Shown here piece by piece: positions 29,578-39,685 of a DNA stretch of 64,000 nucleotides. The stretch covers positions 32,001 through 96,000 of the IMG/VR virus record IMGVR_UViG_3300045771_000049. The stretch is one strand, 5' to 3'. Numbering within the stretch: the stretch's first letter is position 1; each line of letters opens with the position of its first letter. The position numbers and the translations under genes were made by a program. Origin of the DNA: a virus (taxonomy: Duplodnaviria; Caudoviricetes). The notes below the pieces were generated by a model. That model ran no database searches and was not told the origin of the DNA. It saw nothing but the letters and a program-made list of their open reading frames with translations.

Positions 29578-30921
29578 TTAAGGCGCGTCCGGGTTGGCCG
29601 CATTCCATCTCCAGGCCGGAGCCTTCCGGGTAGTCAGGATGCGGGCCATGTTGATGTATTTGCTCCAAAGCGGCGCCGGACCGTCTTCGGTGTCCACAAC
29701 GCGATAGGGATCATGATGCGCCTGACCGGCGAGCCGATGGGCGATGCGTTGCACATCTTGCATCCAGACCAAACACTCCGCACAGACGGTGGTTTGTTCC
29801 GCTGTTTCACGTAGGGCTTCCGCAGCGGTTCGTTTTGAGGCGAATATACCACTGCACATCGAACAAAAATACCGGTCTCCGAACAAGTCGCTTAGTTGAT
29901 CGCCCATGATTGCTCCACGAAACGGAATTCCAAGTTGACGCAGTCAGGATTATGGGTCGCCCTGCTCCTGACGATCCGCCTCTGCGTCCCATAAGCGCGC
30001 TACTTCCAAGGCGTCTAGGCGTTGGCCGATATCCCGGCAACGTTCCGCATGGCGGCGATTGACCTGCGCCAGCACACGACACAGCAAGGGATTGGTTCCG
30101 GCAGGATCGATTTTCTTGCCACCAGAATTACTTTCCTCATCCATGGACGGTATCTTCCACAATTGCCTCGATCGCATGGCGTGCGCGGACACGCCAATAG
30201 GCCCGCGTGTCCCGATCGATGTTGCCCCAATTTGGCATATAACCACGTAGATCGTGGGTGAGACCAGTCAGCATGGCTTCTGCCGTCGCCACTTGATATT
30301 CATTCAAGAGGGCGATAATGGATACAGGTTCCAGCATGATCGCAATCCGCATTGCAGGAGATACTATACGCCCCCGTATTCGGCGCCGACGAACAGCGTT
30401 ATGCGATCGCCGTCGTGATCGGGCGGAAACGTGATCCGCAGTGTGGGAAGTGTGCCGTTGATGGCGGGATCATCCAGTATGATCTCGAAATGATCAACCA
30501 TCTTGCGGAGGTGCGCTACCATTTCAGCGTTGGTCATTGTCATCTCTCCGTTTGCTGTTTTTTAGGTCCGGGGTGAGCCATCCTCATTGCGCGTGATTGC
30601 GATGTTTGTCCACATGGCGCATTCCCGCAGCTTGCGAAGAACATATGTCCGATCGGCGCCTTCGGGCACATGTAATCGTCAAACGTCTGCCTTGTTGAGT
30701 GCATGGTATGATCCTTAGCGGCGGATCGCGTCCCACACGATGGCGCCGATGCCGAAGCCCATCGCGACACAACTGCCGCCGATCGATGTCCACTGCGCGG
30801 CGGCTTTTGACACGAAGAAGAACACGGGTGGAATTGCCGCGATAGTTACCAGAAGGATGATTACGAACCACCCCATCACAGGATGGGCAATGATGCGGGG
30901 TGGTCGCATCTTGATCTCCGT

Positions 30922-31248
30922 TCATGATACGCGTATTGTTGCCTTGGGATGACACGCGGCGCACAGCAAAATCTCCTCAAGGAATTGCAGCGCGGTTGGA
31001 TAGTCGCCCCACCTTGGCGGGGTCATCGGGATGTAGATGTCGGGGTTTGCTGCCATATGGGACACCGCGACTCGCAGCCTTGGCAGGGCGTCCGATGCCA
31101 GCGTGCCATGCAGATCATGGATGCCATCGCCACCCAGCGCGCGCCGGAACATCGGCCCGCAGTTGTATGTGTAGTTCAAGTCGTCATTGCCGATAATGGC
31201 AGGTTCTGCGCCGCCCGTGTCAATCTCAAAATGCACATCATAACTCAT
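30922..31248 (-). CDS. hypothetical phage protein
   Basis: GGAGG SD; NYTYNCGPMFRRAL motif seen in small phage proteins. Confidence 0.55.
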   Translation of the reverse strand: MSYDVHFEIDTGGAEPAIIGNDDLNYTYNCGPMFRRALGGDGIHDLHGTLASDALPRLRVAVSHMAANPDIYIPMTPPRWGDYPTALQFLEEILLCAACHPKATIRVS

Positions 31249-31427
31249 GCGTGCCTCCGCAAGACGAGTTCAGGCGCCGACCAGATGCTCGACAAAGCGC
31301 GCCAATTCCGAGGCGAGGTCGTGGGTTTCTGCCGTCATGTATTGCAGGCCCATATCGCGCTGGCGCTCATCGGCCTGCTGCACATATTTGCGCGTGAGAA
31401 ACTCAAAGATCGCCGTCTCGAAGTCTG

Positions 31428-31747
31428 TCATGGTCTGGCTTCCCTATGCCAATCGATTTTAAGGTTTGGATAATTGCCTCGTAAAATGCTATTCAACAAC
31501 TCCGGTTCGTCACTGGCAGCCCGATCCGACACTTTAAGCGGATTCTTGATTGACAGATAAACCGGGATGATGTGTTGGTTTTCCACTGGATCGCTGCTCC
31601 CAAGACGTTTACGCTCGCCTTGCAGAAACCTGAGTCGAATATTCGCAGCGCTGGCTGTTCCAAAATGCGAACCGGCGTGGAAGTCGTGAAAGACCTGATC
31701 GGCGCCATGAAACATCATCCGAGGCTTGCCGTTATTACTCACCTTTG
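31428..31747 (-). pseudogene. truncated ART-PolyVal gene
   Basis: KV..NGKP.MMFHG...PVYLSIKNPL present; 5' end cut by an IS1595-like IR; GYDG C-terminal half missing. Confidence 0.65.
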
Positions 31748-31772
31748 CGGTATTATGTAGCAAACACCACCA
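31748..31772 (+). mobile_element. solo IS1595-like terminal inverted repeat
   Basis: CGGTATTATGTAGCAAACACCACCA, 24/25 identical to the IR at 58140-58166. Confidence 0.75.
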
Positions 31773-31794
31773 TCCCTCCGAGCTAAATACTATA

Positions 31795-32316
31795 ATGAAT
31801 GGGATCAGAAAATGGCTTCGACTGGTAGAAGCTGGACTTCCAAACGACTTCCAATTCTCAAATTGGGGTTACTGGATCGAACCGAGTGGAAAATTCGTGC
31901 CAGTACCGCGACATGGACATTACACAGTCTATCAAATAGGTGATCATGCATTCGCAGAAGGTCGCATTCGTGTCACAGCGGTTACAGACCCATCAACCGT
32001 TAAGATGGACAACCCGATCAAACTATTAACTGCTAACTTTTATATAAATTACGTAACAAAAGCAGCTTTACGTTCTTTAACGGCACTGATAACCGAGTAT
32101 GAATTCGACGAATATACCATCATCGGTATGACCATCGATAATGTTCAACTTGGTAATTATGATCGCGATCCCGAATCGCATATCGACCCTCGCTCAGTGC
32201 AGGCGATTTCAAACCGAGCTAAAGCCCTTGGCTGCCTACGAGCTTTCAGTGCAAACGCCGGGAAAACTGCTCCGCCAAAACAGGATAAAAAGCTGGTTGA
32301 CCCGAAACGGCGATAG
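31795..32316 (+). CDS. hypothetical protein with capsid-targeting-like leader
   Basis: TAAATA at 31784-31789; MNGIRKWLRLVE leader. Confidence 0.65.
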   Translation: MNGIRKWLRLVEAGLPNDFQFSNWGYWIEPSGKFVPVPRHGHYTVYQIGDHAFAEGRIRVTAVTDPSTVKMDNPIKLLTANFYINYVTKAALRSLTALITEYEFDEYTIIGMTIDNVQLGNYDRDPESHIDPRSVQAISNRAKALGCLRAFSANAGKTAPPKQDKKLVDPKRR

Positions 32317-32382
32317 AACCATTCGCGGCTAGACGCCCCGCAGGCGCCTGATGATAGTGAGACGCACGATTAACCCGATCAG

Positions 32383-32461
32383 TCCTGGCGGGCTGTCTAA
32401 GGCCCGCCAGGAGCATGACTAACTAGGCAACCCCCAGGCGCTGAGGAGACACGCCTGGGGG
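32383..32461. terminator. two GC-rich hairpins between convergent genes
   Basis: TCCTGGCGGGC/GCCCGCCAGGA and CCCCCAGGCG/CGCCTGGGGG. Confidence 0.5.
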
Positions 32462-32474
32462 CGGTAGCAGAAGG

Positions 32475-32816
32475 TTACCGCCGCGCCGCTGGCGCTTCGT
32501 AGGCCTTCTGTACGGTTTGCGCCTTCCTCCACCCGGCCAGGGTCTCTTCTGGCGTATACAACCGGTTGACCGCACAGGTCGTTACCGCGCCGCTGGCGAG
32601 GATGGCGTTGCTGAACGCTTGCTGCGCCGTGTGATCAGGGACTTCGTAGATCACCATGGCGCCTTGGTCGATTCCTCCACCGATCCCGAAGAAGTTGATC
32701 AATTTGCCGTTGACCGACTCGATCGCCGTGCGCACGGCTTGACTCCGATCGGTGGGATTCTCAATCAACGCCCGCAATGATTCGGTGGAGTATTGAACAC
32801 GCATAGAGAATAACAT
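32475..32816 (-). CDS. GYD-domain protein
   Basis: YSTESLRALIENPTDR..AV...IESVNGKL pattern. Confidence 0.7.
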   Translation of the reverse strand: MLFSMRVQYSTESLRALIENPTDRSQAVRTAIESVNGKLINFFGIGGGIDQGAMVIYEVPDHTAQQAFSNAILASGAVTTCAVNRLYTPEETLAGWRKAQTVQKAYEAPAARR

Positions 32817-33037
32817 TGTGCTGTTTCCTTACTTCCCAATCGCGATAGCGTTTCTATCGCGGACAAAGGAATAGCCAAAGTCAGAGATCGGCGCAAGCCT
32901 GATTTTTGCCCTCATCGGCAAAAAATATTTGTGTATAAATGGAACTTTTGCATCGCAAACATTTTTGGTCAAAACCCCTTGCGTACGAAAAGAACTTACC
33001 GGTTGGGCGCGCCAATATATAAATTCACTCAAACAAC

Positions 33038-33340
33038 GTGAGAACTTTCATGCAGATCGAGGAACAGCTAAAGGCAATCGGCCAGACGGCCGGTGGCGAT
33101 GGGCGGGCCGTGTTAACCGTGCATGTCGGCACTTGGGATTTCGCGCTGGGTGACCCGAAGTTCGAGATTTGGGTCAACGATGCGCATGGCGTCTCCGCCA
33201 ACTTCATCAGTCACCGCAGCATCGAAGATGTCATCCAGCAAGCCTGGGTCGCGGTGAACGCACCAAGCACCCGAACCGAAACACAACGGGCGGTTGCGAC
33301 AGGTCAGCACGAGGCCGGATACGACAATATCGGGTACTGA
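33038..33340 (+). CDS. hypothetical protein
   Basis: ORF following an AT-rich promoter-like region. Confidence 0.5.
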   Translation: MRTFMQIEEQLKAIGQTAGGDGRAVLTVHVGTWDFALGDPKFEIWVNDAHGVSANFISHRSIEDVIQQAWVAVNAPSTRTETQRAVATGQHEAGYDNIGY

Positions 33341-33450
33341 GCAGCGAGATCGCAATCTCCCATCACATCATCGGTAGTGCCTATTGACCCTGATGCGGAG
33401 TCTTCCTAGAACACGATAGTATGTGACGGGAGTAGCGATTAGGGGGCAAA

Positions 33451-34347
33451 ATGGGCTTCGTGATGGACGCCGACGCAGTAGCGTCGTTTCGGCGTGATGG
33501 GTTTGTGGCCATCGAGGGATTGGTTCAGGAGCCGGAGATTGCGCGTCTCCGCAGCATGTTAATGGACCTGCATGAGCGCAATGCGGGGTTCGAGGAAGGG
33601 GCGCAATTCGATGCGGCAGCGCCGGATGATGAATCCGAGACCCGGCGGTTTCCGCAAATCTTGAATCCGCACCATTTCGAGCCGCGTCTGCTCGCGACGG
33701 GATATCATCAAGTTGGTTTGCAAATCGCGCGTCAATTGCTCGGGGCGACGGCGCGATTTCGCTGTGCGGTTTCGTTCTTAAAGCCCGCACACATCGGCAG
33801 CGACACGCCCTGGCATCAAGACGAGGCGTTTGATAATCCGACATTCGATCATCAGGAAATCACCATCTGGCTGGCCCTGACCGAGGCGGATATCGCCCAT
33901 AGTTGCATGTCGTTTATTCCTGGGTCGCATCTTTATCCCGTCTTGGAGCATCGGCCGATGGACGGTGATCCACGCCTCCATGCGTTGGAATGTGTGGATA
34001 CCCGGTTTGATCCCACCCAGGCCATTGCCCGCCCTCTTGCGGCGGGTGGCTGCACGATCCACACCCAGCGAACCCTGCACTACGCCGGGCCGAATACGTC
34101 AGCCGATTATCGCTTGGCCTACGCATTGCTATTCGATCTGCCGCCCATCATCAGACGCGAGCAACGCGAATTCCCCTGGCAACAGCAGCAACAAACCGGA
34201 CGCGAAGCCCGTCACCAGCAATGGCGGCGGCGTGGCGGGGTGCTGATCCATTTCTGGCGCCAGCGCCATCGCGTCGGGTTCAAGCGTGGCATCGTGGGAC
34301 TGCAAACCCTGCTGAACCGGGTGATGCGCAAGTTTGGCCGCTCATGA
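33451..34347 (+). CDS. phytanoyl-CoA dioxygenase-like (PhyH) 2OG-Fe(II) oxygenase
   Basis: FRRDGFV; TPWHQD; SCMSFIPGSH; TLHYAGPNTS..YR. Confidence 0.9.
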   Translation: MGFVMDADAVASFRRDGFVAIEGLVQEPEIARLRSMLMDLHERNAGFEEGAQFDAAAPDDESETRRFPQILNPHHFEPRLLATGYHQVGLQIARQLLGATARFRCAVSFLKPAHIGSDTPWHQDEAFDNPTFDHQEITIWLALTEADIAHSCMSFIPGSHLYPVLEHRPMDGDPRLHALECVDTRFDPTQAIARPLAAGGCTIHTQRTLHYAGPNTSADYRLAYALLFDLPPIIRREQREFPWQQQQQTGREARHQQWRRRGGVLIHFWRQRHRVGFKRGIVGLQTLLNRVMRKFGRS

Positions 34348-35211
34348 CCGGATGCAATGGGCCAGACGGCGTTTGATAATTTGCGCATATGCCGGACTGA
34401 TCTCGATCAAGGTGGCTTTGCGCCCAAGTTCGGCTGCCACCAATCCAGTGGTGCCAGCGCCCGCGAAGGGGTCCAGCACCTGATCCCCTTCCGCTGATCC
34501 GGCCAGGATACAGCGGCCTGCGAGGTTGGGTGGCATGGTTGCGAAATGCGCGTCCTTGTACGGTTTTGTGGTGATCGTCCAGACGTTCCGGGAATTGCGC
34601 ATCGGGCCGCCATCAATACCCGGTTCCTCGCGGACCAATCCATGCGTGCCGCTACGGTGATCGCCTGCGCCGGGTGCCGCATAGGCGGCTTTCGAGGTGA
34701 GACGGCGCTGCGGCTTCATGATCGCTGGTTCGGCGATCGCCTCGGCGTTATAGCGATAGACCGGCTGCTTGGTGAGCAGAAACACATGCTCATGCACCGA
34801 GGTGGGGCGATCTTTGACCGGCTCTGGCATGGCGTTCGGCTTCTGCCAGATGATATCGGAACGTAACCACCATCCATCGGATTGGAGCGCCAGGGCAACG
34901 CGGGCTGGAAGCATCATCAAATCCTTCGGCTTGGCATTGGTGTGGCGTTTGCTGCGGCCAATCGCGCTATGCCCGTGCAGCGCCTTGACGTGTTTGCCGC
35001 CCGTGCTGCCGCCCCACTTGCCATCATTGGCGTAGGAATCCCCCAGCGTCAGCCAGAGCGTGCCATCATCGCGCAGCACCCGGCGTACCGCACGAAACAC
35101 CGTGACCAGATGAGCGATATAAGCCTCCGGCGTGGGTTCGGTGCCGATTTCGGCGGGCATAAAAAAGTCAAGAAGATGAGATGGAATCAAACTTTTCCGA
35201 AATAAATTCAC
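34342..35211 (-). CDS. C-terminal part of a split beta-class DNA methyltransferase
   Basis: EIGTEPTP...RVLRDDGTLWL.LGDSY...HFATMP...LDPFAGAGTT; lacks SPPY. Confidence 0.85.
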   Translation of the reverse strand: MNLFRKSLIPSHLLDFFMPAEIGTEPTPEAYIAHLVTVFRAVRRVLRDDGTLWLTLGDSYANDGKWGGSTGGKHVKALHGHSAIGRSKRHTNAKPKDLMMLPARVALALQSDGWWLRSDIIWQKPNAMPEPVKDRPTSVHEHVFLLTKQPVYRYNAEAIAEPAIMKPQRRLTSKAAYAAPGAGDHRSGTHGLVREEPGIDGGPMRNSRNVWTITTKPYKDAHFATMPPNLAGRCILAGSAEGDQVLDPFAGAGTTGLVAAELGRKATLIEISPAYAQIIKRRLAHCIRS

Positions 35212-35230
35212 AATAAAACATTCCTTTTGT

Positions 35231-36220
35231 TCACGACGGAGCGTGGTCGATCGGCGTAATATGCAACAACGCCAATTCGATCAGAACTGCGGCACGGATA
35301 TCCTCTGGCAGATCATCCCGCAGGCGAACCACATCTGGCAGATATGAGCGCAAATTAAAATAGGGGGGCGAGGTGACGCAAGTCTGGAAGTGATCGGCCG
35401 GTAAGGTTTGCAATACGTCGATACAGTTGCCGACGACCAATTCAACCGTATTGCTGCTGGCAAAATGAATTAGCCGATCAAGCGACTCCGGAGCCCGCGT
35501 TAATGATTCCACTGTAATAATGTCCTGTTGCGAAAGAATTGACACCGCGTCATCCAGATAGGCGGAATTCTGCTGGCCACGCGCGGTGTAAAAATCGATC
35601 AGAAATGCGGCCAATTGCTTGGCGGAAATGCCCGGACTGGTTTGCCGGGGATCGTAGCACAGCAGCAAGAGATTATGCAGTGGCTGCTTGTCTGGTGCCA
35701 ATGCGGGCTGAACATAATCGAACATCACCTGACGCAGGCCCAGCGCATCCAACGCGCGAAGACGCGTCTCGGCGATGATTTGGTCATGATCTGTCAGACA
35801 TTGCGCAGGGTCCTCGGTTTCCGCCAACAATAGCGCGCCAGTCTGTTCATAACTAGCCAGTGAGCGGTTGACTTCGGTCATCAGTCCGGCGGCAATGCCT
35901 TGGCGGCGAGCCTCGGGCCGGACCGCGATATAGCTCAACAGCCAGCAATCGGCAATGTAGTATCGTTCCAGCAGCGCCCCGCCGACGATCTGCTCCCCAT
36001 TGTAGGCGATGATGAGGCCAACGCCCGGACTGCCTTCGGGACGATCGTCTTCCATCAACGGCAGCCAAATATCCGGGGTTTCGGCTTGATCGGTCTTGGG
36101 GAATGCAGCGCGATAGACTTGTTCGTAAAACTCAATGGTTTTGACCCGACGCTGTTCCGGCGTTTCGGCATGTAAATCGAAATAACGAACGGCATCCGAA
36201 ATGGTTTCGATGGGACTCAA
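35231..36220 (-). CDS. GNAT acetyltransferase fused to the N-terminal (SPPY) segment of a methyltransferase
   Basis: YIAVRPEARRQGIA acetyl-CoA motif; C-terminal GNCIDVLQTLP...TCVTSPPYFNLRSY; TAAATA at 36249-36254 on the minus strand. Confidence 0.8.
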   Translation of the reverse strand: MSPIETISDAVRYFDLHAETPEQRRVKTIEFYEQVYRAAFPKTDQAETPDIWLPLMEDDRPEGSPGVGLIIAYNGEQIVGGALLERYYIADCWLLSYIAVRPEARRQGIAAGLMTEVNRSLASYEQTGALLLAETEDPAQCLTDHDQIIAETRLRALDALGLRQVMFDYVQPALAPDKQPLHNLLLLCYDPRQTSPGISAKQLAAFLIDFYTARGQQNSAYLDDAVSILSQQDIITVESLTRAPESLDRLIHFASSNTVELVVGNCIDVLQTLPADHFQTCVTSPPYFNLRSYLPDVVRLRDDLPEDIRAAVLIELALLHITPIDHAPS

Positions 36221-36315
36221 TCGTCCTTAGGGCGTCTGGTTCACCGTGTATTTAAGCGTCGCCGAACCGTCCGGACGTTCCTAAATAAGGCTATGCGAAT
36301 TGAGGGTTTTCAAAC

Positions 36316-36501
36316 ATGGAGACTTTAGCGATCACCGTCGGCATCATGGCGTTTTTGCTGTGTTGGATTTTTGATTTGGTGGCGATTTTGGCGCCGACGC
36401 TCGGCTTGGCCTTGATTGTGTTAAAACTGGTGGTATTGATCCTCGCCGTGGCCGTGATCATACGCGGCACCGGCAAGTGGATGATCGGTACCCAACGTTG
36501 A
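36316..36501 (+). CDS. small membrane protein
   Basis: two hydrophobic helices; GAGG SD; CTAAATA at 36281. Confidence 0.5.
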   Translation: METLAITVGIMAFLLCWIFDLVAILAPTLGLALIVLKLVVLILAVAVIIRGTGKWMIGTQR

Positions 36502-36522
36502 CCCGGACGGTAAATAGACGCT

Positions 36523-36888
36523 ATGCGATACCATCAATTGCGCGCGAGTGAGGCGATGACCGAGAGTTCGGGGGATGAACGCAGGTCCATCGTGGACAAC
36601 ACAGAGGACGATTACCGGCTGCCCAACCTGTCGCGGATCGTCCCGCCGGAACATCTGCATCCGGTGGTGAAACTCGCTCTACCCAATGTCACGATCTACC
36701 GCGCAGTTCCTGAGGGCATAACCGAAATCCGCCCTGGTGATTGGGTCGCTCTGGATCGGCATTATGCCGGAACGCACTCCCGTGGCGGAGCGGTGCTCTC
36801 AAAACGGGTGCCTGCTGACGATGTCGCCTGGGCTGGTACCGATAAAAACGAGTATTACTACGTGCCGCGCAAGATCGTTGCGCCATGA
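36523..36888 (+). CDS. small ART-like protein with leader
   Basis: TAAATA at 36511; MRYHQL..E leader; TIYRAVP..IRPGDWV...YA...E. Confidence 0.6.
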   Translation: MRYHQLRASEAMTESSGDERRSIVDNTEDDYRLPNLSRIVPPEHLHPVVKLALPNVTIYRAVPEGITEIRPGDWVALDRHYAGTHSRGGAVLSKRVPADDVAWAGTDKNEYYYVPRKIVAP

Positions 36889-37050
36889 CCCGATAATCTG
36901 AGTTTGCCCATGACCTTTCACCGTCGATGGTTCATCTGGCTGCACGATTGGACCAATCCGTTACGCCGCTACCTGCGGCGATGGCGGTCACGGTACGGCG
37001 CGGGGGTCTGCGCCGCCATGAGCCACTCTGGTGCGGGTTTTGGCATTGTC

Positions 37051-37243
37051 GTAGCCCGAAGTCGGACTGATCCTTTGGTCGCATGGTATCACAATATATT
37101 GTTTTTGTAGCCACCCTTTTCGTAGCCACTCAGAAAGTGGCTGCTGTCTTCTTGTCGTAGCCCCGTTTGAGAAGGACTGGGGTGACCACTGACTGATCGC
37201 GATTCGCGCATCATTCTCGTTTTCGTAGCCCTGAGCAGGACTG
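37051..37243 (+). repeat. cluster of GTAGCC(C)-N-GGACTG motifs
   Basis: units at 37051, 37157, 37225; partial units at 37107 and 37122. Confidence 0.65.
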
Positions 37244-37392
37244 TGGTTGAGCTAAGTCATTTTTAGTAGCGTATGGGATGGTCGCCTTCCCATCGGCTGC
37301 CGGTTTGACAAAGAGCGGAGTATCACTGTAACATTATCATCGATCGGTTTGGGATGCAAAAACAAGTTAACGCGAACCGGTCTAAATACGCC

Positions 37393-37950
37393 GTGCGTTA
37401 TCTTGAATTCATGTCTGAGACCGTGACCGAGCCGGACTTTGGCTTTTCCAATTGGTTTGGGCGTAGCGTCGTCGTTCGTGATGGTCAGCCGCTTGAGGTC
37501 TACCATGGCAGTGCGGCGTCCCATCCGATCCCCTTTAAGATGCGGTCGAAATCGATTAACAGCACGACGCTGGGCGATGTCGCGACCACCCGGCGCGGCG
37601 CCTTCTTCACCGCTAATCCGGCCTTTGCCGCGCAATATGGCACACGGGTTGGCGGTTATTTCTTGTCCCTGCAACACCCGGCCGAGATCACCCGTGATCG
37701 CATGCTGGATTTCGCTGATTCGCTCGATGCCTTCACCGAGCGCGATCTGTGGGTCCTGGCAAAATATCAGACCAAACCCTGGATATTCTTTGATGGTGAG
37801 TTGGGGGAACGGTTTGTGCACTACTTGATCGCGGCAGGCTTCGATGGCGCCACCTTTCATGAGGATGTCGAAAGCCCCGCAGGCGAGTCGATCGAAGGCA
37901 CGACTTTCGTGGCCTTTCATCCGCAGCAGATACGGCATGTTAGTAAGTGA
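37393..37950 (+). CDS. ART-PolyVal-like protein
   Basis: TAAATA at 37383; GTG start MRYLEFMSE; FSNWFGRS.VV.DGQPLEVYHGS...GFDG. Confidence 0.8.
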   Translation: MRYLEFMSETVTEPDFGFSNWFGRSVVVRDGQPLEVYHGSAASHPIPFKMRSKSINSTTLGDVATTRRGAFFTANPAFAAQYGTRVGGYFLSLQHPAEITRDRMLDFADSLDAFTERDLWVLAKYQTKPWIFFDGELGERFVHYLIAAGFDGATFHEDVESPAGESIEGTTFVAFHPQQIRHVSK

Positions 37951-38407
37951 TCTCACCGAGACGCGAGCGGCGTCGCTCTATCACGGTTGCGGTCTCGGCG
38001 GCGCCTTGCAGATCATCGCGCGGAATACCCTGGAAGACCGCACCCAGCACGAATTAGCCCCCGGCAGCGAGCCGGTCACCGGAACCTCGTTGAGCCGGTC
38101 GCTCCGCGTGGCCTGGGGCTTTGGTGATGTGGTGTTTGAGTTCGATCAGACCCGGCTGCGGCAGCGGTTTCGGCTCATCCCGGTGGATTACTGGCATCGT
38201 GCCTTGGAACCGGACTTGACCGGCGTGGGTCGGCGGCGCGGCAAATATGCCGAAGCGGAAGAATTTCTCATCGGGCCGTTGACCAACGTGATGCGCTATG
38301 TCACGGCCATCCACATGACGCCCCAGCGACTGGCATGGGCGATGAAGTATCATCAGGAGCAATCCCAGCCGCTGCTGACACATCCGTTGCTCAAAGTCAT
38401 AGAGTGA
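37937..38407 (+). CDS. ART-fold protein
   Basis: MLVSDLTE leader; LYHG...SLSRS...EAEE; paralog of the 54950 gene. Confidence 0.7.
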   Translation: MLVSDLTETRAASLYHGCGLGGALQIIARNTLEDRTQHELAPGSEPVTGTSLSRSLRVAWGFGDVVFEFDQTRLRQRFRLIPVDYWHRALEPDLTGVGRRRGKYAEAEEFLIGPLTNVMRYVTAIHMTPQRLAWAMKYHQEQSQPLLTHPLLKVIE

Positions 38408-38466
38408 ACTACCCCCGCCCTAAAGAGGCGGGGGCTTCCAAGACCAAATCGTCTGGCGCGTTCTTG
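38404..38466 (-). mobile_element. 63-bp non-autonomous IS605-derived mini-element
   Basis: minus strand TTAT|CAAGAACGCGCCAGA...GTCTTGGAAGCCCCCGCCTCTTTAGGGCGGGGGTAGTTCAC. Confidence 0.75.
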
Positions 38467-38478
38467 ATAAATAAGTTC

Positions 38479-39675
38479 ATGCGCTATCGTGAAATCTGCC
38501 GCATTCGGCCGCTGCTCGAAACGTACCGGTTTCTGACTCGTGATGAGCGGGGCAATGACATCTCACCCGATGAACTGATGGACGACGTGGACGAGCCGAA
38601 GATCATCGTGCGGTGGGGGCGTGATCGATATCAGGATGAGTTGATCGCTGTATTCCCGCTCGATGATGGGTATGATGAGCAAAAGCGCTTCCATGTTATT
38701 CTTGACGATCAGAGTGCCACGATCGAACGGGAGAGTTTTCAGTTTGAGGCCGCGCCAATTGTCAAATATCTCTTGAGTCGGTGGCCGCAATACGCGAGCT
38801 TCACATTGCACTCCATGCCCTCTTATTACAGTGAAACGGCCCTCGGGGACGTCGAAACATTGGCTGATCTGGCCAAACATACCAAACGACCTTCGGTCAC
38901 TGATCAGCGAATTTGGTACCATGGCACCTCGTCGGTACATGCGCCGGAAATTCTTCGGCTTGGACTTCGCCCGCAGGATGCCGATAATCGGCAATATCGC
39001 GGCATGCATGGCAGCAAAGAGAACATGGTCTATCTGACGTCCGATATCGACACCGCCGAATTCCATGCGAAGAATTCGGTCAAGCATTTTGGCGGGGCGC
39101 CCACGGTGTTGCGGATCGACATTTCCGGTTTGGAGGCCAATATCCGCACCGATCATGACGTGCGTTTCACGCCTTTGGCGGCGGAGCGTAACGCGCAGAA
39201 TCAGGGTGATCTCAAACGTATCCGGGCGAAACCGGGACAGGCCAGCTACATGGGTCTCAAAACCATTTCGTTTGCCGGACGTATTCCGCCGAGCCGCATT
39301 TCCATTCTGTCCCAGGGCGCGGACACCAAAGCGGCCCCGCGTTTGCAGAAGATTGCGGGCCAGTATGAGTTTCTCAAAGCCCTCGGGGCACTCACCTCGG
39401 GTATTGCCGCCGCCTACATGGATCAGTTTTTTCATATCATCGGCGCCCAGCCGTCCGGTTGGACTGGCACGACCAAACGCTATCCGGACAGCTACCGTGA
39501 GAATGTGCCCTTGCTCATCAATTCGATTCACAATGGACGGCAGGCACCGGCCAGCTACGCGCAATGGATTCGGGGGATGTATCGGCGGACCGGGGCTTGG
39601 CGCACACGCGGCGGCGTTTACACGCAGATCGTCACCTTGATCGCCGATGAGATCAAGCGCCTCAGCACGGTCTGA
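38479..39675 (+). CDS. multi-domain protein with ART-fold domain
   Basis: TAAATA at 38468; MRYREI..LLE leader; WYHGTS...GLRP...VYLT...IPPSRI. Confidence 0.75.
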   Translation: MRYREICRIRPLLETYRFLTRDERGNDISPDELMDDVDEPKIIVRWGRDRYQDELIAVFPLDDGYDEQKRFHVILDDQSATIERESFQFEAAPIVKYLLSRWPQYASFTLHSMPSYYSETALGDVETLADLAKHTKRPSVTDQRIWYHGTSSVHAPEILRLGLRPQDADNRQYRGMHGSKENMVYLTSDIDTAEFHAKNSVKHFGGAPTVLRIDISGLEANIRTDHDVRFTPLAAERNAQNQGDLKRIRAKPGQASYMGLKTISFAGRIPPSRISILSQGADTKAAPRLQKIAGQYEFLKALGALTSGIAAAYMDQFFHIIGAQPSGWTGTTKRYPDSYRENVPLLINSIHNGRQAPASYAQWIRGMYRRTGAWRTRGGVYTQIVTLIADEIKRLSTV

Positions 39676-39685
39676 TGCGGGTTAT

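Noticed and set aside
38335-38478. N-terminal extension of the 446-aa ORF
   Set aside because: It runs through the previous gene and the IS mini-element. ATG 38479 after TAAATA is the better start; the same logic applies to the track starts at 4863, 31726, 37354, 37844 and 40907.
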